DNA of 32,000 nucleotides from Acaryochloris marina MBIC11017 (GTDB lineage Bacteria > Cyanobacteriota > Cyanobacteriia > Thermosynechococcales > Thermosynechococcaceae), in NCBI RefSeq assembly GCF_000018105.1, contig NC_009925.1, positions 2,850,001 to 2,882,000 of the forward strand. The letters are read 5' to 3'. Shown one piece after another: positions 1 through 7,639 of this stretch. The position numbers were made by a program, and so were the translations under genes. Below the pieces are notes generated by a model that was given only the letters and a program-made list of their open reading frames with translations, searched no databases and was not told the DNA's origin. Within the stretch, counting starts at the first letter, position 1. Each line of letters begins with the position of its first letter.

Positions 1-1153
1 ACTTAGACGTACATAGAATTTTGGAGTGATCGCACCGATCTTTATACTTCGCTGCAATTTCAGTTACTTCTTTCATCAGGCCAACATCTAACTTCGTCGG
101 TTGCAGACCTAAATCCATAAAGCACTTATTCTCAACAAATAATTCGTTTTCTGCTGCCTCTGTTCTGGGATTTTCTAAGTAGTCAATCTTAGCCCCAGTA
201 ATATCTGCAATAATCTTGGCCAAATCCCTCACCCGGTGGGTTTCAGTCATTTGGTTAAATATTTTGACCCGCTCTCCAGCTTCAGGGGGGTTCTCAACGG
301 CTAGTTGAATACATTTAACAGTGTCCTGAATATGAATAAATGCTCGGGTCTGACCGCCCGTACCATGCACTGTTAAGGGGTGGCCAATGGCGGCCTGCAT
401 CAGAAATCGGTTCAGGACAGTCCCATAATCACCGTCATAATCAAAGCGATTAATCAGGCGTTCATCCTGCTTTGTATCTTCTGTATTCGTTCCCCAGACT
501 ACACCTTGGTGCAAGTCGGTGACTCGAATCTTGTCATTCTTGTTGTAGTAGTAGAAGAAGAGCTGATCCTGGGTTTTGGTCATGTGATAAACACTGCCCG
601 GATCCGCAGGATAGAGGATTTGCTTTTCAACCACCTCACCGGTATCAATCACCACCTGAACATCAAGATAGCCTTCAGGAATCTTCATGCCAGCAGTACC
701 ATAGCCATAAACGCCCATGGTGCCCAGGTGAACCACATGGATATCCAGGCCAGATTCAACGATGGCGGCTAAAACGTTATTGGTCGCATTGAGATTGTTA
801 TTAACCGTGTAGCGCTTTTGCCGGGATGACTTCATGGAATACGGTGCAGCCCGTTGCTCAGCAAAATGCACAACCACATCAGGGCGATAGGTGCAAAACA
901 GATTTAAGAGCCGATCGTATTCCGCCGCGATATCGAAGTTATAGAACTGAATATGCTTGCCTGTTATGTCTTGCCAGGTTTTCAGGCGAATCGAAATCGG
1001 ACTAATGGGGGTTAACGAGTTGGTCTCCAACTCATTATCAATGTTGCGCCTGGATAAATTATCCACAATGACAACATCATGGCCAAGTTTGGATAGATGT
1101 AGCGCAGTTGGCCAGCCGCAGAACCCATCACCGCCCAATATTACAATGTTCAT
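1..1153 (-). CDS. sqdB: UDP-sulfoquinovose synthase SqdB, C-terminal end cut by the window edge
   Basis: Absent from the ORF track because it runs off the window. My minus-strand translation from ATG 1153-1151 gives MNIVILGGDGFCGWPTALHLSKLGHDVVIVDNLSRRNIDNELETNSLTPI..., later FAEQRAAPYSMK and HLGTMGVYGYGTAG. The frame stays open to position 2 (about 384 codons). These are the Rossmann GxxGxxG and SqdB-type motifs. Confidence 0.85.
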   Translation of the reverse strand, partial: MNIVILGGDGFCGWPTALHLSKLGHDVVIVDNLSRRNIDNELETNSLTPISPISIRLKTWQDITGKHIQFYNFDIAAEYDRLLNLFCTYRPDVVVHFAEQRAAPYSMKSSRQKRYTVNNNLNATNNVLAAIVESGLDIHVVHLGTMGVYGYGTAGMKIPEGYLDVQVVIDTGEVVEKQILYPADPGSVYHMTKTQDQLFFYYYNKNDKIRVTDLHQGVVWGTNTEDTKQDERLINRFDYDGDYGTVLNRFLMQAAIGHPLTVHGTGGQTRAFIHIQDTVKCIQLAVENPPEAGERVKIFNQMTETHRVRDLAKIIADITGAKIDYLENPRTEAAENELFVENKCFMDLGLQPTKLDVGLMKEVTEIAAKYKDRCDHSKILCTSK

Positions 1154-1415
1154 GCTTTGTCCCTAAACCGAATGTCTCAATTACAGACGAGAATTTGAAT
1201 CTTCAGAATTGCTGGTCAGTCAACGACACACCCTTTTCAGCAACCGTTAGATACGCTACCCGTTTATAACAGCTTCATAGTCTTTAAGAATATCTCAAAT
1301 CGGGGACCATCACGATTTGGGGTTGTGACAATGCTCAGATCGTATTTTGGCCAACCGCTGGGATAAGGTGAGTCTTACAAATAATAAGGTTCAGTTTCTA
1401 GACCTCACATGGACT

Positions 1416-2543
1416 TTAGGCTTTAGGCATGATGAAATTGGCAAAGCTTAGCTCGTTGACCTTATTCCACTGGTAAACCTTCTCGCGAAAGGCTTTCCAG
1501 GGTTCGTAGATCTCTTTAAAGCTAGCCTCTTTTGCCGCGTTCTCCTCATAGATCTCAAAGGAGATTTTTTGGGCGGCTTGCAGGATATCGTCGCTATAGC
1601 GAGTGAGTTGCGTCCCCCCTGCCACTAACTGAGAGATAACATCACGGTTTAAGGCATCATAGGCGGCCAACATGTTGATATTGGCTTCGTAGGCCGCCGT
1701 TTTGAAGATTTCTTGGTATTCCTTGGGCAATTTATCCCAAGCTTGGCGATTGACTAGGACATCGAGGGTAGGACCAGGTTCCCACCAGCCGGGATAGTAA
1801 TAGTATTTGGCGGCTTTTTGTAAACCGAGTTTCTGGTCATCATAGGGTCCCACCCATTCTGCGGCGTCGATGGTGTTTCGTTCTAAGGCCAGAAAAATAT
1901 CGCCACCGGGCAGGACTTGCACATTGACTCCTAGCTGCCGCATCACTTCACCCCCTAAACCAGGGATCCGCATTTTGAGTCCTTTTAGATCGCTAGCCGT
2001 TTTGATCTGGCGTTTGAACCAGCCGCCCATTTGCGCTCCCGTGTTACCCGCCGGGAAGTTAATGACGCCAAAATCTGCATAAATTTTTTGCATGGCTTCC
2101 AGACCACCGCCATGATAGAGCCAGGCATTTTGCTGCTGGGCAGTCAAGCCAAAGGGAACGGCAGTGGCAAACCCCAGAGCGGGGTTTTTACCAATGTAGT
2201 AGTAACTAGCGGTATGACCACATTGGACACTACCGGAGCGAACCGTGTCTAAAACTTCTAAGGGTGGGGCAATTTCGCCCCCCGGTGAGACCTGAATTTG
2301 AAACCGACCATCGGTCATAGCATTGACGCGATCGCTAATGGTTTTGGCACCGCCATAGATCGTGTCTAAGGATTCTTGCCAACTGGTGGCCATCCGCCAG
2401 CGGACTCGGGGTAGGGAACCGGAGCTAGTCGTAGAGGAACGCCGACAGGCCGCGAGGGTGGTGGTTGCGATCGCACCCACGGCCGAATTTCGTAATAAAT
2501 TGCGTCGTTTCAACTGTTCGCTCCTCAACCCTACAGGGGCCAT
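1416..2543 (-). CDS. TRAP-type transporter periplasmic solute-binding protein (DctP/COG4663-like) with a twin-arginine signal
   Basis: ORF 1416..2654. The likely real start is Met38 (2543), giving [33 protein letters not shown], a Tat-like RR signal. The body has [44 protein letters not shown] and [11 protein letters not shown], typical of this SBP family. Confidence 0.85.
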   Translation of the reverse strand: MAPVGLRSEQLKRRNLLRNSAVGAIATTTLAACRRSSTTSSGSLPRVRWRMATSWQESLDTIYGGAKTISDRVNAMTDGRFQIQVSPGGEIAPPLEVLDTVRSGSVQCGHTASYYYIGKNPALGFATAVPFGLTAQQQNAWLYHGGGLEAMQKIYADFGVINFPAGNTGAQMGGWFKRQIKTASDLKGLKMRIPGLGGEVMRQLGVNVQVLPGGDIFLALERNTIDAAEWVGPYDDQKLGLQKAAKYYYYPGWWEPGPTLDVLVNRQAWDKLPKEYQEIFKTAAYEANINMLAAYDALNRDVISQLVAGGTQLTRYSDDILQAAQKISFEIYEENAAKEASFKEIYEPWKAFREKVYQWNKVNELSFANFIMPKA

Positions 2544-2764
2544 CTCGCTAAGCCTGCTATCAGAGGACTTTCGGCAAATCTTCCGAGAGATAACCGCCTC
2601 CAATCCTACCGATAAATGAATCCGCTGCTGGAAAACGCAACAGAATGTTGCCATTCCTTCCCAATTTCCCTGATTTTTTAGGCAGAGGAGTAAATCAAGA
2701 CTGTCGCTTCATGCAACGGTAGGGGAACTCTAGGGCCATAAATTGACTTGTCTCTGGTAGCAAG

Positions 2765-5101
2765 ATGTCGAAAAGGCGACGATACCGACCGTTTTTAATT
2801 CTTTTTGCGATAGGAATGTTCCTAGGATGCTTAACTGCCACGCATCCTAGACTGATCGCCAATCCTCACTTATTCCATGCCCAAGCTTACTGGACTCCGA
2901 CGGTTACCCAGACGGTCAATCAAACGTCCTTGGCGGGAACCTGGGAGTTTCAAGCCGATCCGCAGCCCCCGGCAGACAAGCTAGTGCTACAGCCAAGTGG
3001 CCCAGATCTCCCACCCCTACCGCAAGGACAATGGCAAAAGATTACCGTGCCCTCCAACTGGTATCTACAGGGGCAAGATGCATCGGGGGTGGTTTGGTAT
3101 CGCCATCAATTTCGCGCTAACGATCGATGGCGTCGAAAGATTACCCGCCTCGTTTTTTCGGGGGTGGACTACACCGCCGATGTTTGGCTAAACGGACAAT
3201 ATTTAGGGTTTCACGAGGGCTATTTTCAGCCCTTTTCCTTTGATGTGTCTAAGGCCCTAATGTTTACAGGTCAGAATGAATTATTAGTCCGGGTCAATAG
3301 CCCCTTGGAGCCTGAAGGCCAGGATTGGTCCCTGCGTAAACGGTTGATTAAAGGCATTTTTAGCCACCACGATACCCGTCCGGGTGGGGCATGGACCGAT
3401 CGCGGCCAGGAGAAAAACACCGGGGGTATTTGGGCACCCGTATTTTTGCAAGTCTCGGATCAAGTCGCCATTGAAACACTTCAAATCACCCCGGAGTTAG
3501 ATACCGACCATCAACAGGCAACGGCCAAGGTGGATCTGGTGGTCAACTCTCCAGGGCTGGGCAAGACCACTCTAGATGCCCATATGAAGTTAGAGCCAGA
3601 GAACTTTGAAGGGGTACCGATTGGCCCCATTCAAGTGCAGCGAACCCTGCATCAAGGGGCCAATCACCTAAAGCTAGAGGTTCCCGTAGATGACCCGAAA
3701 CTCTGGTGGTCTTGGGAGCATGGAGACCCCAATTTATATCGCCTCACGGTACAGTTAGCCGATGGCAATCGGCTCCTGGATAAGGCTTCTGATGTGTTTG
3801 GATTTCGCACCATTCAGTTTGACCCGACAGAAAAAATCTGGCGACTGAATGGTCGCCGCCTATTTTTGCGAGGCACCAATTACATTGCCACCCAATGGCT
3901 GAGTGAAATGACGCCGGACAAATACCAGACGGATATTGACCTGATGAAAGCGGTCAATATCAATACGGTGCGGGTTCATGCCCATGTGATCGGCAAGGAG
4001 TTTTATGAACTGTGCGATCGCAACGGCGTATTTATCTGGCAAGACTTCCCCTTGCAGTGGGGCTACGAAGATACGCCCCAATTTCTCAAAGAAGCCACCC
4101 GCCAAGCCAAGGACATGATTGGTTACCTTTACAACCATCCGTCGATTCTGGCCTGGAGTCTGCATAATGAGCCACCCTGGGATGCGGACTGGATGAAGTA
4201 TAAGTACGAGTCCTATAATCCAGAGCAAAATCGCGAGCTAGATGCCAAACTGTTTGCCAATCTCCAAGGAGAAGACCCGACCCGTCTGCTCCATCCCGTA
4301 TCTACCGTCGGGGAGCATCCCTGGTGGGGCTGGTATTCCCACACGATGTATAAATATGCAGAACCAACTACAGAAGCGATTATTTCCGAATTTGGCGCTC
4401 AAGCTTTACCCCATATAGATTCCCTGCGGCGCATCTTTACGGAGGACGAGCTATGGCCGGATACAGAAGCGGAATGGGATAAGTGGCTCTATCACAACTT
4501 TCAACGCCATGAAACCTTCAACATTGCCAAGGTGCCCATGGGCAACACCACCCAGGAGTTTATCGACAACACCCAGCAGTACCAGTCCCAACTGATTCAG
4601 TTTGCCGCCGAAGCCTATCGTCGCCAGCGCTATCAGCCCGTTTCATCCATTTTTCAATTTATGTTTGTGGAGGATTGGCCGTCCATGAACTGGGGCATTG
4701 TCGATTACTGGCGACAGCCTAAGCCCGGCCATGAAGCCCTGAAATGGGCCTATCAGCCGGTCTTACCCAGTATTGCGTGGCCGCAACTCACCTGGACCTT
4801 GGGAGAAACGGTAGAGCTGGAACTCTGGGCCATCAACGATTTGTGGAAAGACTATCCAGAGGCCATCTTTACCTATGCCCTGCGCCAGAATCAACAACGC
4901 CTTAAATCCGGTCAAAGTCGGATTAATTTGGCTGCCGATAGCAGTCAGCCTGTAGATAAGATCTTTTTCCAGCCCCAGAACTTGGGTAGCTACACCGTCA
5001 CCGCCACCCTCAAGGATCGGCTAGGAACGGTCTTGGGAGAAAACCAGTTTGTGTTTGATGTGATTGATCGGGGGGATCAAACCAATGAGTCGACGTCGTA
5101 A
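2765..5101 (+). CDS. Glycoside hydrolase family 2 protein (beta-mannosidase/galactosidase-like), N-terminal membrane anchor or signal
   Basis: 778 aa. The GH2 sugar-binding region reads VVWYRHQF...VDYTADVWLNGQYLGFHEGYFQPFSFDV. The TIM-barrel has the acid/base motif WSLHNEP and the nucleophile region IISEFGAQAL. The N-terminus is hydrophobic (RPFLILFAIGMFLGC). Confidence 0.8.
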   Translation: MSKRRRYRPFLILFAIGMFLGCLTATHPRLIANPHLFHAQAYWTPTVTQTVNQTSLAGTWEFQADPQPPADKLVLQPSGPDLPPLPQGQWQKITVPSNWYLQGQDASGVVWYRHQFRANDRWRRKITRLVFSGVDYTADVWLNGQYLGFHEGYFQPFSFDVSKALMFTGQNELLVRVNSPLEPEGQDWSLRKRLIKGIFSHHDTRPGGAWTDRGQEKNTGGIWAPVFLQVSDQVAIETLQITPELDTDHQQATAKVDLVVNSPGLGKTTLDAHMKLEPENFEGVPIGPIQVQRTLHQGANHLKLEVPVDDPKLWWSWEHGDPNLYRLTVQLADGNRLLDKASDVFGFRTIQFDPTEKIWRLNGRRLFLRGTNYIATQWLSEMTPDKYQTDIDLMKAVNINTVRVHAHVIGKEFYELCDRNGVFIWQDFPLQWGYEDTPQFLKEATRQAKDMIGYLYNHPSILAWSLHNEPPWDADWMKYKYESYNPEQNRELDAKLFANLQGEDPTRLLHPVSTVGEHPWWGWYSHTMYKYAEPTTEAIISEFGAQALPHIDSLRRIFTEDELWPDTEAEWDKWLYHNFQRHETFNIAKVPMGNTTQEFIDNTQQYQSQLIQFAAEAYRRQRYQPVSSIFQFMFVEDWPSMNWGIVDYWRQPKPGHEALKWAYQPVLPSIAWPQLTWTLGETVELELWAINDLWKDYPEAIFTYALRQNQQRLKSGQSRINLAADSSQPVDKIFFQPQNLGSYTVTATLKDRLGTVLGENQFVFDVIDRGDQTNESTS

Positions 5102-6824
5102 GTTACGGACGCTATTGATCTGTTTTATCGCCTCAGTCGCCTTAACGATTGGGGTGGCTAAGTGGGTCTGTAGCCAGCAGCTCGCCGAGGACTTTGCACC
5201 TAAAATTGTGCTCAACCAAGTTGGGTATCGCGCTAACTGGGACAAGGTGGCCTTTTTACTCAATGCAGAAGACAATGCACCTATTACAACCAACGTCATT
5301 GACCGTCAATCGGGGAAAACAGTGGCTACGATCCAGCCTGGGCCCGCTGAATTGGATGAACAGAGTCGCGATCGCATCCAAACCCTAGACTTTTCCAACT
5401 TCAAACGATCCGGTGAATACTACCTGCAAGCGGGCGACTTAAAATCAGTCCCTTTCCAAATTGGCCAGGATATCTATCAAGACACCTTTACCAAGCTCCT
5501 ACGCACCTATTATTTACAGCGCTGCGGCGTCGCCATCTTTGATCCAATTACCGGAATTTATCACCCTCCCTGTCATCTCAAAGATGCCGTAATCGCCCAT
5601 GATGACGCCTTTCACAAAGCGGGCGATACAGTGCAAAGCCAAGGAGGGTGGCACGATGCAGGGGACTACGGCAAATACGTGGCGACCACAACGGTCACTA
5701 TCGGCAGCTTATTCAGTCTGTACGAGCAATATCCCCAAAACTTTACTGACGACCAGTTAGATATTCCCGAAAGTGGCAACCAGCTCCCCGACTTGCTAGA
5801 TGAGATGAAAGTCGGGCTAGACTGGCTGCTCTCCACGCAGCGCCAAGATGGTGGGGTCTATCGCAAGCTTTCAGGCAAGGAATGGCCCATTGGCAAAGCC
5901 CCCGATGAAGACAAACAAACTCGCTACCTGTACGGCGTGTCTACCCCTGAAACCGGGAAATTCGCCGCAGTGATGGCCATGGCCGGTCGGATTTACAAGG
6001 ACCCCCAACAGGCCAAAACCTACCTAGATGCCGCTCAGCTAGCCTGGGACTATTTGCAGACTCAAGACCAAATGCAAGAAGGCTGGATTGACGGCGACGA
6101 TAGTGGTTCTGGTAAGTATCTCCTATCTGAAATTGACATCGAGGACAGTTTGAAAACGGACATTGACGATCGCTACTGGGCCGCCGCCGAATTATTTCTG
6201 ACCACTGGAGACTCAAAGTTTGAGCAATATCTGGTGGACCATTTCGATCAGATGCCCTTTAACCTCTACGAGTGGAAGGATGCCTCCACTCTAGGCATGG
6301 TCGATTATCTGTTCTATGCCAAGGCGGACCCCAACCAGCTCAAACCTCAAATTCAGCAAAAGCTTCTAGACCGTGCCGATCAAATTATGGGGCGGGTCGA
6401 AGGAAGTGGCTATCGGCTAGCCAACCATCGCTTTATTTGGGGGTCCAACAAAATGACAGTCGAAGAAGGCATTACCTTAGTCCATGCCTATCACCTCACC
6501 CAAGAGCAGAAATATAAAGAAGCCGCTCTCGATCAGCTCCACTACATGATGGGTCGCAACCACTTTGATCAAACCTTTGTCACGGGGGTGGGTACTCATC
6601 CTGTGGCAAAGGTGAACCACCTCTTTGCCAGAGCGAAGCAAATCAACATTCCGGGTTTAGTGGTCGGAGGGCCTAATGATGGAGCCCAGGATAATATTGC
6701 CCCCAAAGGGTTAGGCATTCGCAGCTATCTCGACAGCGAAAAGTCCTATGCCACCAATGAATATGCCATTGACTACAACGCTCCCCTGATCACTCTTTTA
6801 GGAATGCTGTTGGAGACGTCTTAA
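5085..6824 (+). CDS. Glycoside hydrolase family 9 endoglucanase with N-terminal Ig-like (CelD_N) domain
   Basis: It carries the GH9 hallmark GGWHDAGDYGKY and the C-terminal NEYAIDYNAPL. The N-terminal region IVLNQVGYRANWDKVAFLL is Ig-like. A TM/signal segment is LRTLLICFIASVALTIGVA. The start may be ATG 5085 (overlapping the GH2 stop by 17 nt) or ATG 5064. Confidence 0.88.
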   Translation: MSRRRKLRTLLICFIASVALTIGVAKWVCSQQLAEDFAPKIVLNQVGYRANWDKVAFLLNAEDNAPITTNVIDRQSGKTVATIQPGPAELDEQSRDRIQTLDFSNFKRSGEYYLQAGDLKSVPFQIGQDIYQDTFTKLLRTYYLQRCGVAIFDPITGIYHPPCHLKDAVIAHDDAFHKAGDTVQSQGGWHDAGDYGKYVATTTVTIGSLFSLYEQYPQNFTDDQLDIPESGNQLPDLLDEMKVGLDWLLSTQRQDGGVYRKLSGKEWPIGKAPDEDKQTRYLYGVSTPETGKFAAVMAMAGRIYKDPQQAKTYLDAAQLAWDYLQTQDQMQEGWIDGDDSGSGKYLLSEIDIEDSLKTDIDDRYWAAAELFLTTGDSKFEQYLVDHFDQMPFNLYEWKDASTLGMVDYLFYAKADPNQLKPQIQQKLLDRADQIMGRVEGSGYRLANHRFIWGSNKMTVEEGITLVHAYHLTQEQKYKEAALDQLHYMMGRNHFDQTFVTGVGTHPVAKVNHLFARAKQINIPGLVVGGPNDGAQDNIAPKGLGIRSYLDSEKSYATNEYAIDYNAPLITLLGMLLETS

Positions 6825-7030
6825 CTGAACTCTTGCAACAACTCCTTGAATGCCAAAGGCCATAACACAGCATTCTTCCCCCAGCATATAGCCTACAGCA
6901 TTCAAGAAAAGGGGGTCGGGGGGGCCTAATGCAGAGAAGTAAACTTTGACCCACGTTTTCATCAGGGGCTGTGAAGCGTCAACTCACCGAGTGTTATCTT
7001 GAGTCATACTGAATTACTTGAAAAAACCCC

Positions 7031-7636
7031 GTGAACACGCCTAGCCACACGATTATCAACCTTGCTCTGCTGATGAATGTGACGGAGCAGCCAGCGGTGT
7101 TGGCGGTGACGGCAGGAGCCATTGCCCCAGATCTACCCATGTTTGTGTTTTATGCCTGGGTGAAGGGGATTCGGAAATTACCAGAAGGCCAAATCTGGAC
7201 GGAAGCTTACTATCATCCTTTCTGGCAAGCTTGCATCGATTTATGCCATTCCATTCCATTGGCAGGGCTGGCGGCGTGGGGCTGTTGGCAACTGGGGTGG
7301 ATGCCTGCGGCGTTGTTTTTTATCAGTATGATTCTCCACTCTTTGGGAGATTTGCCGGTTCATAATGACGATGCTCATAAGCATTTTCTGCCGTTGAGTC
7401 AATATCGGCTGATTAGTCCCCTGTCTTATTGGGACCCAAAGCATTATGGTCGGCAAGTAGCGTTTGTGGAGATGCTGCTGGTGTTGGGGACTTCTGTGTT
7501 GACATTTCCGATTTTGGGTAATATTTGGGGCCAAGGGTTGGTGGTGTTGGTCAATATCTTTTACTGGTTTACCTTTGGCTATACGTTTTTGCGGCGACAG
7601 CTTCCAAATTTATTTTGTCGGGCGCGGAATGCTTGA
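7031..7636 (+). CDS. Polytopic membrane protein, possibly a DUF457/YdjM-like metal-dependent hydrolase
   Basis: 201 aa with a GTG start and several hydrophobic helices. The His/Asp-rich segment HSLGDLPVHNDDAHKH and the N-terminal SHTIIN resemble membrane-bound metal hydrolases. The function call is weak. Confidence 0.55.
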   Translation: MNTPSHTIINLALLMNVTEQPAVLAVTAGAIAPDLPMFVFYAWVKGIRKLPEGQIWTEAYYHPFWQACIDLCHSIPLAGLAAWGCWQLGWMPAALFFISMILHSLGDLPVHNDDAHKHFLPLSQYRLISPLSYWDPKHYGRQVAFVEMLLVLGTSVLTFPILGNIWGQGLVVLVNIFYWFTFGYTFLRRQLPNLFCRARNA

Positions 7637-7639
7637 GGG

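Noticed and set aside
380-1166. Track ORFs 380..772(+) and 957..1166(+) as genes
   Set aside because: They lie antisense to a continuous, motif-rich SqdB reading frame (1153 to the window edge) and have low-complexity, unconvincing products.
2770-2830. GH2 as a lipoprotein (FLGC)
   Set aside because: Phe at position -3 does not fit the lipobox well. I describe it only as an N-terminal hydrophobic anchor or signal.
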